64,000 nucleotides of DNA from a virus (taxonomy: Duplodnaviria; Caudoviricetes), in the IMG/VR virus record IMGVR_UViG_3300046786_000293, positions 224,001 through 288,000 of that record; one strand, written 5' to 3'. Below the pieces are notes generated by a model. The model did no database searches. It was given only the letters and a program-made list of their open reading frames with translations, and was not told the origin of the DNA. This document shows positions 41,084 to 48,957 of the stretch, piece after piece (position 1 is the first letter of the stretch; every line of letters begins with the position of its first letter). Made by a program: the position numbers and the translations under genes.

Positions 41084-41295
41084 GCCCACTTCAACAAAAA
41101 TGCTGAATAACTTGCCTCGGCGGGAAATTTAACGATCATTTGGTGTCTTGGATTGATGTCCTGGTAAACTTTGATAGCACCGTAGTCACGCTCCAGCATT
41201 TCCCAAATGCTCATGCCCACAACATCGTAGCCGCCAGCATTGTCCCAATACCAGTTGGCCAGTTTCTTCCACTGCGGTTGTATATCTGCTATCAT
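41080..41295 (-). CDS. LRW-family microprotein
   Basis: MIADIQ...FPAEASYSAFLLKWA. Confidence 0.8.
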   Translation of the reverse strand: MIADIQPQWKKLANWYWDNAGGYDVVGMSIWEMLERDYGAIKVYQDINPRHQMIVKFPAEASYSAFLLKWA

Positions 41296-41594
41296 GCCCA
41301 CCTCAATGTAAACATTATAGCATCTTTTTCAGTTTCAAACCAGAAATTATTACCATTCCAAGCATAACTATCTTTACCAAAGTGTTCTACACACCATATG
41401 TGCATTTCTCGCCAATGCCCTGACCATTCAGCCAATCGGGGATTTACCATATAGTAACCACCACTACGAAACACCGAAGTCCAATCTGGTATTTCTGGCG
41501 GCACTATTTTTAGTAAAACTTCTGCGGCTGTTTGACGATTATACCGCTCACGGTGTTCGGTTCTTCGCTCTATGATAAATTCATGAATGTTCAT
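41292..41594 (-). CDS. LRW-family microprotein
   Basis: MHIWCVEHFG...WFETEKDAIMFTLRWA. Confidence 0.8.
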   Translation of the reverse strand: MNIHEFIIERRTEHRERYNRQTAAEVLLKIVPPEIPDWTSVFRSGGYYMVNPRLAEWSGHWREMHIWCVEHFGKDSYAWNGNNFWFETEKDAIMFTLRWA

Positions 41595-41791
41595 TCCCAC
41601 CTCAGTGCAAACCATTCGGCATTACTTTTAACTTGAAATACATATCCACCATAACCCGATGACAGTAAAAAATGTTCTACGTGGTTTTCTTTCATCCACC
41701 CAATGAGGTCAAGCCAATCTTGAAACGATCTGACTCTATAAACCGGATAGTCGTTCCATCCAGAATACCCTGAGCGTTCTACTACTTTCAT
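41591..41791 (-). CDS. LRW-family microprotein
   Basis: LIGWMKEN...FQVKSNAEWFALRWE. Confidence 0.8.
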   Translation of the reverse strand: MKVVERSGYSGWNDYPVYRVRSFQDWLDLIGWMKENHVEHFLLSSGYGGYVFQVKSNAEWFALRWE

Positions 41792-42015
41792 GCCCACCTC
41801 AACACAAACAACAGTAACTCGTCGTCGGGGAAATCATCGGGAAATACTAAGTTATCGAAGTCCATTGGAACTAAGAATCCAAATTGCTTTAGCCATTTGA
41901 TATAATCGTTAAATCTGAAATGATCATTATCGTCAAATACGTTTGGTGTACCGCACTGGCGGTGGTATTCTGCTACAATATTTTGTAGATAGGGACGTTG
42001 TGGGATAGTTTTCAT
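41788..42015 (-). CDS. LRW-family microprotein
   Basis: YIKWLKQFG...FPDDELLLFVLRWA. Confidence 0.8.
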   Translation of the reverse strand: MKTIPQRPYLQNIVAEYHRQCGTPNVFDDNDHFRFNDYIKWLKQFGFLVPMDFDNLVFPDDFPDDELLLFVLRWA

Positions 42016-42224
42016 GCCCACCTCAACATAAACAACATAGCATCTTGTTCAGATCTAAAATGCCACACAGTTTGGTCTCGACGAAACATTGCGCCCCTGT
42101 AGTCGTCCTGACAGTTTTGTTTGCACCACTCAAACCTTTGATCCTGTCCCCAAACCCAACCACCTGAATGCGGCACTTCTACACGATGTTGGAGATCTTG
42201 ACTGCGACTGTATTTTGCTGTCAT
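42012..42224 (-). CDS. LRW-family microprotein
   Basis: RFEWCKQN...HFRSEQDAMLFMLRWA. Confidence 0.8.
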   Translation of the reverse strand: MTAKYSRSQDLQHRVEVPHSGGWVWGQDQRFEWCKQNCQDDYRGAMFRRDQTVWHFRSEQDAMLFMLRWA

Positions 42225-42505
42225 GCCCACCTCAACAAAAATGCACTAACCAACTTCTCATCATAAAAGTAAATATGGCCACCGTGATAGTCCCAGCTAC
42301 TGGATTCTGCGCCTGCTAGATCACTGAGTGGATTGCCAAGTTCCCACAACCATTTATACAGACCATGCGGCCAGTCTATAGGCGTACGATAAGTTTCCCA
42401 GCGTTCTTTGCTGGGATTGTATTCAACCCGCCACTCGTTTTTGGTATGTTTGCGACGAATAGTTGCCAAAATTCTCTCCACTGGAGTTAAAGGTCCATGA
42501 CTCAT
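42221..42505 (-). CDS. LRW-family microprotein
   Basis: LYKWLWELG...FYDEKLVSAFLLRWA. Confidence 0.8.
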   Translation of the reverse strand: MSHGPLTPVERILATIRRKHTKNEWRVEYNPSKERWETYRTPIDWPHGLYKWLWELGNPLSDLAGAESSSWDYHGGHIYFYDEKLVSAFLLRWA

Positions 42506-42708
42506 GACCACCTCATCAACAACCACTCAACACCGGGCTTGTTCATATAATACACACCCCAACCTACGTGCCAGTGCGGGATAGCATTTTCCTTTAACCA
42601 CGCAGTTACTTTGTCGGACCCAAGAGCGTCGGCACCGACTTCTACCCTGTAATTGTAGGGATATTGCTGTGATACTTTATAGCCGAGATCTTTGATTTCG
42701 ATTTTCAT
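42502..42708 (-). CDS. LRW-family microprotein
   Basis: VTAWLKEN...YMNKPGVEWLLMRWS. Confidence 0.8.
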   Translation of the reverse strand: MKIEIKDLGYKVSQQYPYNYRVEVGADALGSDKVTAWLKENAIPHWHVGWGVYYMNKPGVEWLLMRWS

Positions 42709-42929
42709 AACCACTTCAATGAAAAGAAGAAAGCGTCTTGCTCACGCTCAAATGCAAATTTGCTTTCGTTTGTTTTCGGATCAAATGTAGACTTAAACAG
42801 TCCTGGAATGTTGAACTGGCAATAAATGTGCAATCCCATATGAGCCACGTTATGTTGACGCCTTTGCTCTGTGGTAATTGTAACGGGGTGCCACCCTCTT
42901 CGAACAGCACCCCGCACACTTGTTGGCAT
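42705..42929 (-). CDS. LRW-family microprotein (first of array)
   Basis: Start corrected to ATG 42929, 7 nt after the VWA stop; ends FEREQDAFFFSLKWL. Confidence 0.75.
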   Translation of the reverse strand: MPTSVRGAVRRGWHPVTITTEQRRQHNVAHMGLHIYCQFNIPGLFKSTFDPKTNESKFAFEREQDAFFFSLKWL

Positions 42930-42936
42930 ATTCTTT

Positions 42937-44232
42937 TTACGCACGGGCCAATTTCTTAGCTTCTTCGTAGTGCGCCCACACACCAAACTCGGGCTCGGCA
43001 TCTTTGTTGCCTTTAATAACCCATACAGTATCGCAGTAGTCTTTGACTTCGTCGGGACGCCAGCCAAAGAAGCAGAAGTCTGTAAACATAATCAGCTTCT
43101 TAGGTTCAACGTCATTGTCTTTGAGCCATTCCCACACACAATGCGGATCGGTGCCGCCACCGCCGCCGGGTTGGTATTCAGTAATGTCTGACATGTTTTC
43201 GCTACTAAACTCTACTGGGTTGTAAACTTCAGTATCCCAAGTCAACACACGAACCTTATACTCGTCGTAAGATTCCATGATACCTTTAACTTCACTCAAA
43301 AAGTCTTTCAAGTCCTGTTCGCTAATACTTCCTGAAGTGTCAATAGCAACACAGACATCAATCTGCGTACCGGGCTTCATGCCGGGCATAATTGCATCCA
43401 TATGCCAGCTACGACGGTTAGGGCGCATCCAGCTAAAGTCATCTTTAACAGTACTTTGGATTTGTTGCTCCAACAGTTCACGCCAGTTAACCACAGGCTT
43501 AGTCAAGTCTTTGATCAGACGCTTAACACCTGCGGGCAAGTTACCTGCACCAACTGCCTGTGCGGCCTGCAACAATGCTTCGCGGATCTCGTCTTTAATG
43601 CGCTCACGTTCTTCTTTAGAGAGACGCGGACGACCTTTGCCGTCCTTTTCGTCGCCGTCGCCATCGCCATCGCCGTCACCGGAGCCATCTAAGTGCTCAT
43701 CCAAAACTTGTTGTAGCAAATCGCTGATGTCAATCTTTTCTGCTTTGTCGTACAGGTCGTCGTAGACTTCTTCAGCCGACCAACCTTTGTACTTAGGATC
43801 GTACAGGCAAGGTGTAATCTTGTCACCAATCTTTTGTTCAATCAAATCACTGTTAACACAATAGTCAGCGGCACAATTGAACAGACGCTTGTCGCGAGTT
43901 TCGCCAACACGACCCATGTGGTCGTAGACATTGTGTAGAACTTCGTGGCCAAACAAGAACTCAACTTCTTTGGGTTTGAGTTTGTTAACAAATTCGGTAT
44001 TGTAATAAAAGTTACGACCATCTGTAGCCGCAGTGGTCAGCCAATCGTCTGCATTAACCAAAGACAAACGAGTAGCCAAGTTACCAAAGAACGGGGCACG
44101 AAGCAAAAGACCGATACGTGCCGTAACCAACTTCTCCCGCACTTGTCGATCCAAATTGGGGTCTACGGTATCAGTAAGACGACCGCCAAGTTTATGGGTA
44201 GTTTTTTCTGCACTAGTTGTATTTGTAGCCAT
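42937..44232 (-). CDS. Metallopeptidase-VWA fusion protein (DUF2201-like), MoxR partner
   Basis: TAATDG...GHEVLH (HEXXH), GD-rich linker, MIDAS DTSGS, GGGGT; ATG 44232 has AAGGAG SD. Confidence 0.85.
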   Translation of the reverse strand: MATNTTSAEKTTHKLGGRLTDTVDPNLDRQVREKLVTARIGLLLRAPFFGNLATRLSLVNADDWLTTAATDGRNFYYNTEFVNKLKPKEVEFLFGHEVLHNVYDHMGRVGETRDKRLFNCAADYCVNSDLIEQKIGDKITPCLYDPKYKGWSAEEVYDDLYDKAEKIDISDLLQQVLDEHLDGSGDGDGDGDGDEKDGKGRPRLSKEERERIKDEIREALLQAAQAVGAGNLPAGVKRLIKDLTKPVVNWRELLEQQIQSTVKDDFSWMRPNRRSWHMDAIMPGMKPGTQIDVCVAIDTSGSISEQDLKDFLSEVKGIMESYDEYKVRVLTWDTEVYNPVEFSSENMSDITEYQPGGGGGTDPHCVWEWLKDNDVEPKKLIMFTDFCFFGWRPDEVKDYCDTVWVIKGNKDAEPEFGVWAHYEEAKKLARA

Positions 44233-44256
44233 TAAATGCTCCTTGTTAATGTATAT

Positions 44257-44305
44257 ATTATAGCAGAAAAGCGAATTTCTGCCAAGTAATACCAAGGTAT
44301 TACTT
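44257..44305 (-). promoter_or_regulatory. Early promoter for VWA/microgene operon with inverted repeat
   Basis: TTGGCA-17-TATAAT with TG extension; perfect 10-bp inverted repeat AAGTAATACC-N2-GGTATTACTT (44284-44305). Confidence 0.75.
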
Positions 44306-44306
44306 T

Positions 44307-44750
44307 TTAAAAGTTGAGTGTGATGTAGCCTGCGTGTACGTTAGCCATAATATTAGCGCAGACATTACTACGGGGTGCAGTTACCAAGTCATCAACGTAG
44401 AAGGTCTTTTGTCGACCCGACGTACAATTTGTGACTTGAATGCCACTGTAATAACGTTCGCGTTCAAAGCGCCATTTAGTACCTTTGCCATCAGTCCAAT
44501 ACCATTTGGAATTTTCGTTAAGCAATTGAAGTTTTTTGCTTTGACCAACCGGCACACACTTGTAACTCAAACCAATAGCCAAGTAGGAGTCCGCCTCTTG
44601 ACGTTTACGAATACGTTCCAACTTGCCACCAATGCTTACTAGGTCTTTGCCAGTCAGACCCATGAGTTGAGTGTAAGCAACCAATTGTCGAACTTGTTCT
44701 TGCTTGTCTGCAGAGAAGCGTCGAAACTCTAATTGGATTTCGTCTTCCAT
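44307..44750 (-). CDS. Hypothetical protein
   Basis: 147-aa ORF between AAA and VWA genes. Confidence 0.65.
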   Translation of the reverse strand: MEDEIQLEFRRFSADKQEQVRQLVAYTQLMGLTGKDLVSIGGKLERIRKRQEADSYLAIGLSYKCVPVGQSKKLQLLNENSKWYWTDGKGTKWRFERERYYSGIQVTNCTSGRQKTFYVDDLVTAPRSNVCANIMANVHAGYITLNF

Positions 44751-44751
44751 T

Positions 44752-45039
44752 TTACATCCATTTCAATTTGATAAAACTTGCTTCGTTGTCGCTAGCAAGA
44801 TAAATGTAGCAATAACTTCTGCTGGAATTATAACTATCAACATTAAACGCCCATACAGGAGTTTTAAATGACGCATCCCGATAAGTAAACTCGAGTTCAC
44901 AACTCGGGCCCCAAATGGCCCAACAATCGGAACGAATTTTATTAAAGTCTGAATAACCTTTTTCGTTTGCAGTAAACGAAATTCGATATTTGAACTTGTC
45001 AATTCCTTTGTGTCGTCGATCTAACTTTTCTAGTATCAT
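44752..45039 (-). CDS. LRW-family protein directly downstream of the AAA gene
   Basis: Start corrected to ATG 45039; CWAIWG...YLASDNEASFIKLKWM. Confidence 0.7.
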   Translation of the reverse strand: MILEKLDRRHKGIDKFKYRISFTANEKGYSDFNKIRSDCWAIWGPSCELEFTYRDASFKTPVWAFNVDSYNSSRSYCYIYLASDNEASFIKLKWM

Positions 45040-45060
45040 AATAAATTGGGAGGACTTACG

Positions 45061-45093
45061 GTGAAAGGAGGAAAAAGCCCTGCCTCCCTTCAC
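45061..45093 (-). other. Stem-loop after the AAA ATPase stop codon
   Basis: GTGAAGGGAGG-N11-CCTCCTTTCAC (11 bp, one G-U); no U-tract, so not a classic terminator. Confidence 0.5.
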
Positions 45094-45096
45094 TCT

Positions 45097-46206
45097 TTAC
45101 TTGGCGCTTGCGGCAATAATGTACTTGCCGAAACGCTTATGGAACTCGTCGAAGTTCTTCAACTTGCCAGGAACAAACGGCAGGTTGTAGGTAGTCAACG
45201 CAACACGAGCACCCATAACAGTCAGTTCAGTGGTAAAGTTCTCCATCATGAACTTGAAGAAGTTATCGGCATTGGTATGCCAATCTTCGTTGGGTTTATT
45301 GCCCAACTTTTCTGCACGGTCCTTAAGCTCATAGCACAGGCTAATCACCATAGAGTACATAGCAGAGATTTCTTTGATCTTCAGCTCTTTGATCTTACCA
45401 TCCAACACTTCTTCGGGACGAGGCATTTGGCCTGCAATCTTACGATGTGCCATGAACTTAATAGCAACACCTTCACCAATTGCACCTGCAATCAAGTCAG
45501 TCAGTTCAGTATCAGTACTGTCGTCATCTTCCAACAGTTGGCTCACAAAGGTCCACGAACGCGGCGTAGCAAACGAACGGCTAGAACTACGCGGATCAAA
45601 GTCGTAAAGATCCTGTTTGGCGAAACCAATGTAACCAACCACATCCTTATGGACCTGATTAGTAACAGCCCAGTTCTGCCAGGATTCGTGATCCACACGC
45701 ATCTCCAAGTGAACGAAACGGTTTGCCAGCGGAGCAGGCATACGATAAGTAACACCTTTGTCGCTTTCACGGTTACCAGCGGCAACAACTACAACGTTAT
45801 CGGGCAGGGTATACTTGCCGATACGACGATTCAGAATCAGCTGATAGGCACTTGCCTGGATGCTAGGTGCGGCACTGTTCATTTCGTCGAGGAACAGAAC
45901 AACAATGGGATGCTGAGAGGCAGTTTCTGCATCGGGCAAGTCAATGGGAGGAGCCCAATCCATCTTGCCATTGTCCTTATTGAAGAACGGAATACCGCGC
46001 AGGTCAGTGGGTTCCATCTGAGCAAGACGCAGGTCAATAAACGCACCGCCGAGCTCTCGAGCAATACCTTCAACCACTTCGGACTTACCGATACCCGGAG
46101 GACCCCACAAGAAAGCAGGACGCTTCTTCTTAAAGCATTTCAAAATAGCACGTTTAGCACCATCGCTGGTAACTGTACGGTGTTCGGTTACTGAATCTTT
46201 AGCCAT
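45097..46206 (-). CDS. MoxR/dynein-related AAA+ ATPase
   Basis: GPPGIGKS Walker A, DLRG-P, LFLDE Walker B, AAGN sensor 1, PLANRF arginine finger, PRSW sensor 2. Confidence 0.9.
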   Translation of the reverse strand: MAKDSVTEHRTVTSDGAKRAILKCFKKKRPAFLWGPPGIGKSEVVEGIARELGGAFIDLRLAQMEPTDLRGIPFFNKDNGKMDWAPPIDLPDAETASQHPIVVLFLDEMNSAAPSIQASAYQLILNRRIGKYTLPDNVVVVAAGNRESDKGVTYRMPAPLANRFVHLEMRVDHESWQNWAVTNQVHKDVVGYIGFAKQDLYDFDPRSSSRSFATPRSWTFVSQLLEDDDSTDTELTDLIAGAIGEGVAIKFMAHRKIAGQMPRPEEVLDGKIKELKIKEISAMYSMVISLCYELKDRAEKLGNKPNEDWHTNADNFFKFMMENFTTELTVMGARVALTTYNLPFVPGKLKNFDEFHKRFGKYIIAASAK

Positions 46207-46244
46207 TGTTTTCTCCTTTAAGTAATGACTGTGTTAAAAAATTA

Positions 46245-46273
46245 ATTATAGCAGAATTGTGATTTATTGTCTG
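46245..46273 (-). promoter_or_regulatory. Early promoter for AAA ATPase
   Basis: CAGACA-17-TATAAT with TG extension. Confidence 0.7.
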
Positions 46274-46279
46274 TTGTTT

Positions 46280-46768
46280 TTATGCAACACGTTTGACTTT
46301 TCGACGAGTAGCGTCCATGCCGTCGATAATCATACGACCATAGCTCGCGTGGAACCAATCAAACTCGGGTATACGTCCGGGGTTGGCTTTCATTTTGTAT
46401 GTAAGCAAACCCATTTTGGCCAAAGCCACAGGGTAGATGTTGTCTGCCACACTTGGCGGAATACCGCGAACACCTGCAACGTCCAAAGGACTAAACAAGA
46501 AGTCGTTTAGGGTTTCTACCATAGCTTCACTGTATGCAGGCACCTCAAAGTTTTCACGCAAGTATTTCAGCATAGTATTGAACCTTGCAGAAACTTCTGC
46601 TTCGTTTTGGCTAACAGCCACGCAACGATCAAACAAGCGAATAGCTTCTTTGTATTTGTTGGGTTTAGCAACTTCAGTGACCGCGGCAGTGGCCTCAGGT
46701 ACCGCAGTGGCAATCGAAGCCGTCGCAGCCAGCGCGGCCATACCTTGTAAAAATAAACGACGATCCAT
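46280..46768 (-). CDS. Protein with twin-arginine (Tat) signal peptide
   Basis: ATG 46768 with AAGGAG SD: MDRRLFLQGMAALAATASIATAVPEA. Confidence 0.65.
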   Translation of the reverse strand: MDRRLFLQGMAALAATASIATAVPEATAAVTEVAKPNKYKEAIRLFDRCVAVSQNEAEVSARFNTMLKYLRENFEVPAYSEAMVETLNDFLFSPLDVAGVRGIPPSVADNIYPVALAKMGLLTYKMKANPGRIPEFDWFHASYGRMIIDGMDATRRKVKRVA

Positions 46769-46778
46769 TACAATCTCC

Positions 46779-47129
46779 TTAGACCACGCAAACATAGGGC
46801 TGATTCCACTTGCCAATGTGGACGTTGATATAGTGACTGCAATGGAAGTAGTCAGTTTGGGCATCCGACTCGTCGAAGTAGTCGGGGCCGTACATAGCAG
46901 GGATCACTTCAGACAAAAAATCCTTTGCACGACCTTCGAAGTGTTCGTGATACCAATAAGGATTAACTTGAATATAATCACCGCCAAAGTCGATGTTGCC
47001 TTGTTTAACAGTCAGAACTAGCGACATATGACTACGAACAGAAAGGCTTGCTTTGATGCCATACTTTTTGCAAATAGCCTTGATAGTGGGGGCCAATTTT
47101 GCTTTATGCTCTTGACTCATGTACGCCAT
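46779..47129 (-). CDS. Early protein, possibly LPD29-like
   Basis: DYFDESDAQTDYF...YINVHIGKWNQPY; own sigma70-like promoter and GGAG SD. Confidence 0.55.
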   Translation of the reverse strand: MAYMSQEHKAKLAPTIKAICKKYGIKASLSVRSHMSLVLTVKQGNIDFGGDYIQVNPYWYHEHFEGRAKDFLSEVIPAMYGPDYFDESDAQTDYFHCSHYINVHIGKWNQPYVCVV

Positions 47130-47161
47130 TTGGTGCTCCTGTTGTGTTTCGCAATACTAGT

Positions 47162-47196
47162 ATTATAACAAAAACGGGAATTTCGAGCAATACCCG
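47162..47196 (-). promoter_or_regulatory. Early promoter (repeat copy 1)
   Basis: TTGCTC-17-TATAAT; 20-bp block 47177-47196 identical to 47526-47545. Confidence 0.75.
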
Positions 47197-47210
47197 TTCA
47201 ATTTGTCGGG

Positions 47211-47483
47211 TTATGCAGATTCCAGCATGGCCAAAGGCACGTTGAAACGCTGGTTGTTAGTACGCACTAACGCATACTTAAGTTTAATCTTTTCGACAGT
47301 ACCTGTATAGGTAACACCGTTGCGATTGGATGTAAACTTAACATTATCGCCAGCCCAGAATGATCGGGCATTTTGCTTGGCAAGTTGACTACGGGCGAAC
47401 TTGATAGCATTGGCAATGGAGTTCAGGTCATCGTTAGTAAACACGCCCGAAATAATTGCAGAGTTAATGTCTTTAATATTCAT
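47211..47483 (-). CDS. Early hypothetical protein with SH3-like C-terminus
   Basis: GDNVKF...TGTVEKIK...ALV...VPLAML; own promoter and AAGGAG SD. Confidence 0.65.
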   Translation of the reverse strand: MNIKDINSAIISGVFTNDDLNSIANAIKFARSQLAKQNARSFWAGDNVKFTSNRNGVTYTGTVEKIKLKYALVRTNNQRFNVPLAMLESA

Positions 47484-47510
47484 CGCTAGCTCCTTTGTTG
47501 CAATATCAAT

Positions 47511-47545
47511 ATTATAACAAATTTTGGAATTTCGAGCAATACCCG
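47511..47545 (-). promoter_or_regulatory. Early promoter (repeat copy 2)
   Basis: TTGCTC-17-TATAAT; AATACCC/GGGTATT inverted repeat upstream. Confidence 0.75.
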
Positions 47546-47577
47546 AGTAAAACGAAAGGGTATTACAAAAGTAGTAC

Positions 47578-47952
47578 TTAGGTATTACTTTCTAAATGGT
47601 CCAAATAACTAGCAAGATCACTACCTTGTAATTCGAGCCAAATAGCGTCTTGTTCGTCAAAAACAATGAATTTATTAGTGCGGGTCCAATAGTAGTAGGG
47701 GCCCGGAAAGAACCGTTCGAGTTGAAGAAGATTTTTGTTTGTGAGCGGGCGCTCTAGTTCAAACATATAGTCCCTAAGTTTCAACTCTTTCTTAAGGAAC
47801 TGATAGCCCGTCATACTTAGACGTAGGCTATTTTTATCGGTAAAGTTATGCCAAATAAATTTTGTATCAACTATGGCTTTGCTCAATTGCTGAGCAAATA
47901 TTTTTGCTAGTTGATGTTGCGTGTAGCGTTTAGGGGTAGATCCTGTCACCAC
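47578..47952 (-). CDS. Hypothetical protein
   Basis: 124-aa ORF. Confidence 0.6.
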   Translation of the reverse strand: MVTGSTPKRYTQHQLAKIFAQQLSKAIVDTKFIWHNFTDKNSLRLSMTGYQFLKKELKLRDYMFELERPLTNKNLLQLERFFPGPYYYWTRTNKFIVFDEQDAIWLELQGSDLASYLDHLESNT

Positions 47953-48217
47953 TTTTTAAGAGCACTACTGTAAACAAATCTGTTTTAAATAGTGTGTTCA
48001 TTTTTTTAGCCAAGTTAATGGCATGACCCGGATTTGAGAACGAAGTCTTTTTATATTTAGGCCCGGGGTAGTTGACGAGCATATTACTCGACTTTAAGTT
48101 GATTGGTTGGTTATCATAGAAAACAGCCCATATACCTTCACTACTCAAGATTTGTTCGCTCTTGTAGTTTGATTTGTTGACGTGTTCTACTAACACAGTT
48201 GGTTTAGGTCTACTCAT
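47930..48217 (-). CDS. Hypothetical protein
   Basis: 95-aa ORF with GATAAATA upstream. Confidence 0.65.
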   Translation of the reverse strand: MSRPKPTVLVEHVNKSNYKSEQILSSEGIWAVFYDNQPINLKSSNMLVNYPGPKYKKTSFSNPGHAINLAKKMNTLFKTDLFTVVLLKSGDRIYP

Positions 48218-48262
48218 AGTTTATTGAACCACATATATATTTATCTTTTAAATGTGCGTAGA

Positions 48263-48490
48263 TTATTTAAATCCGCCACCATCCATAGCAATAGTTACAA
48301 TACTATCTGTTTGATTGTTCTGCACTCGTTGACTTAGGTGGGCACAATGATTTAGCAACTCAAATATATCTGCTTGCAAGTTACGTGCTTCGTTAGCACT
48401 TAGTGATAGGTCTTTTTTATTAGTTTGATTCATGACCTTTACTTTGTCATTGAACATTTTTAAATGTAAACTCAATTGAGATTCGTTCAT
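48263..48490 (-). CDS. Hypothetical protein
   Basis: 75-aa ORF, ATGA overlap. Confidence 0.6.
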   Translation of the reverse strand: MNESQLSLHLKMFNDKVKVMNQTNKKDLSLSANEARNLQADIFELLNHCAHLSQRVQNNQTDSIVTIAMDGGGFK

Positions 48491-48957
48491 TTGGCCATCC
48501 TGAGTGCTTCTTGCATTTCTGTTTTACTTTTAAACGGACCTTGGAAATCGTATCTGTTTAATGTAATAAATTTAGGGCAATAACTTTTAACCCATCCGTT
48601 GTTAAATTTGATGATATAGTAACCTGCACAGTAGTAACTTTTACTTTTGCTAGTCTTAGTGTATACTGGAAATTGATGTTTAACATCCCACAACACATTC
48701 CAAGGCTTTTGGCTAACAGGATATCCGTGTACTTCGTGTATCTCGGATAATTTTTCCTTTTTAGGAACAACATTATCGAACACAACGTTACGGGCCTTGC
48801 TTAGTAGTTTAATTGAAGCAAAACGTTCTCGAGCATGATTATGTACATAGACAAAACCGCCATCTTCGGCAGCTTGTATAGTGGCAACTTTATTACCTTG
48901 TTCTTCAACAATCCAGAATTTATTTTTAAGTACTGGTCGTGCAATCAATTCAGTCAT
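48487..48957 (-). CDS. Hypothetical protein
   Basis: Start corrected to ATG 48957 (ATGA overlap). Confidence 0.65.
   Translation of the reverse strand: MTELIARPVLKNKFWIVEEQGNKVATIQAAEDGGFVYVHNHARERFASIKLLSKARNVVFDNVVPKKEKLSEIHEVHGYPVSQKPWNVLWDVKHQFPVYTKTSKSKSYYCAGYYIIKFNNGWVKSYCPKFITLNRYDFQGPFKSKTEMQEALRMAK

Larger units (their letters stand above)
39426..42719 (-). repeat. Eleven dispersed ~15-bp direct repeats at gene junctions, coding-strand consensus TTGAGGTGG(G/T)CATGA
   Basis: Plus-strand TCATGCCCACCTCAA is exact at 41292, 41788, 42012, 42221; variants at 39426, 39578, 40835, 41080, 41591, 42502, 42705. Confidence 0.9.

Noticed and set aside
40835-42714. ORF-track starts reading MGM, MVM or MVC
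   Set aside because: They come from the in-frame GTG within the junction repeat; the ATGA-overlap ATG 6 nt later (further in some cases) is more parsimonious.
39426-42719. Junction repeats as a CRISPR array
   Set aside because: Repeats are ~15 bp, degenerate and non-palindromic; intervening units are 150-300 bp full ORFs; no cas genes.
39426-42929. Array as an integron or diversity-generating retroelement
   Set aside because: No attC-like long inverted repeats, tyrosine integrase, reverse transcriptase or template/variable repeat pair in the window.
43651-43682. (GCCATC/GCCGTC)n short tandem repeat
   Set aside because: Encodes the Gly-Asp linker of the peptidase-VWA protein.
45046-46194. 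382-aa plus-strand ORF antisense to the AAA ATPase
   Set aside because: Mirrors a well-conserved gene, has no motifs or SD; long antisense frames are expected from biased codon use.
46437-47021. 194-aa plus-strand ORF and other short shadow ORFs (e.g. 9904-10332, 43277-43765, 60610-61056)
   Set aside because: Overlap better-supported genes; low complexity, no motifs or ribosome-binding sites.
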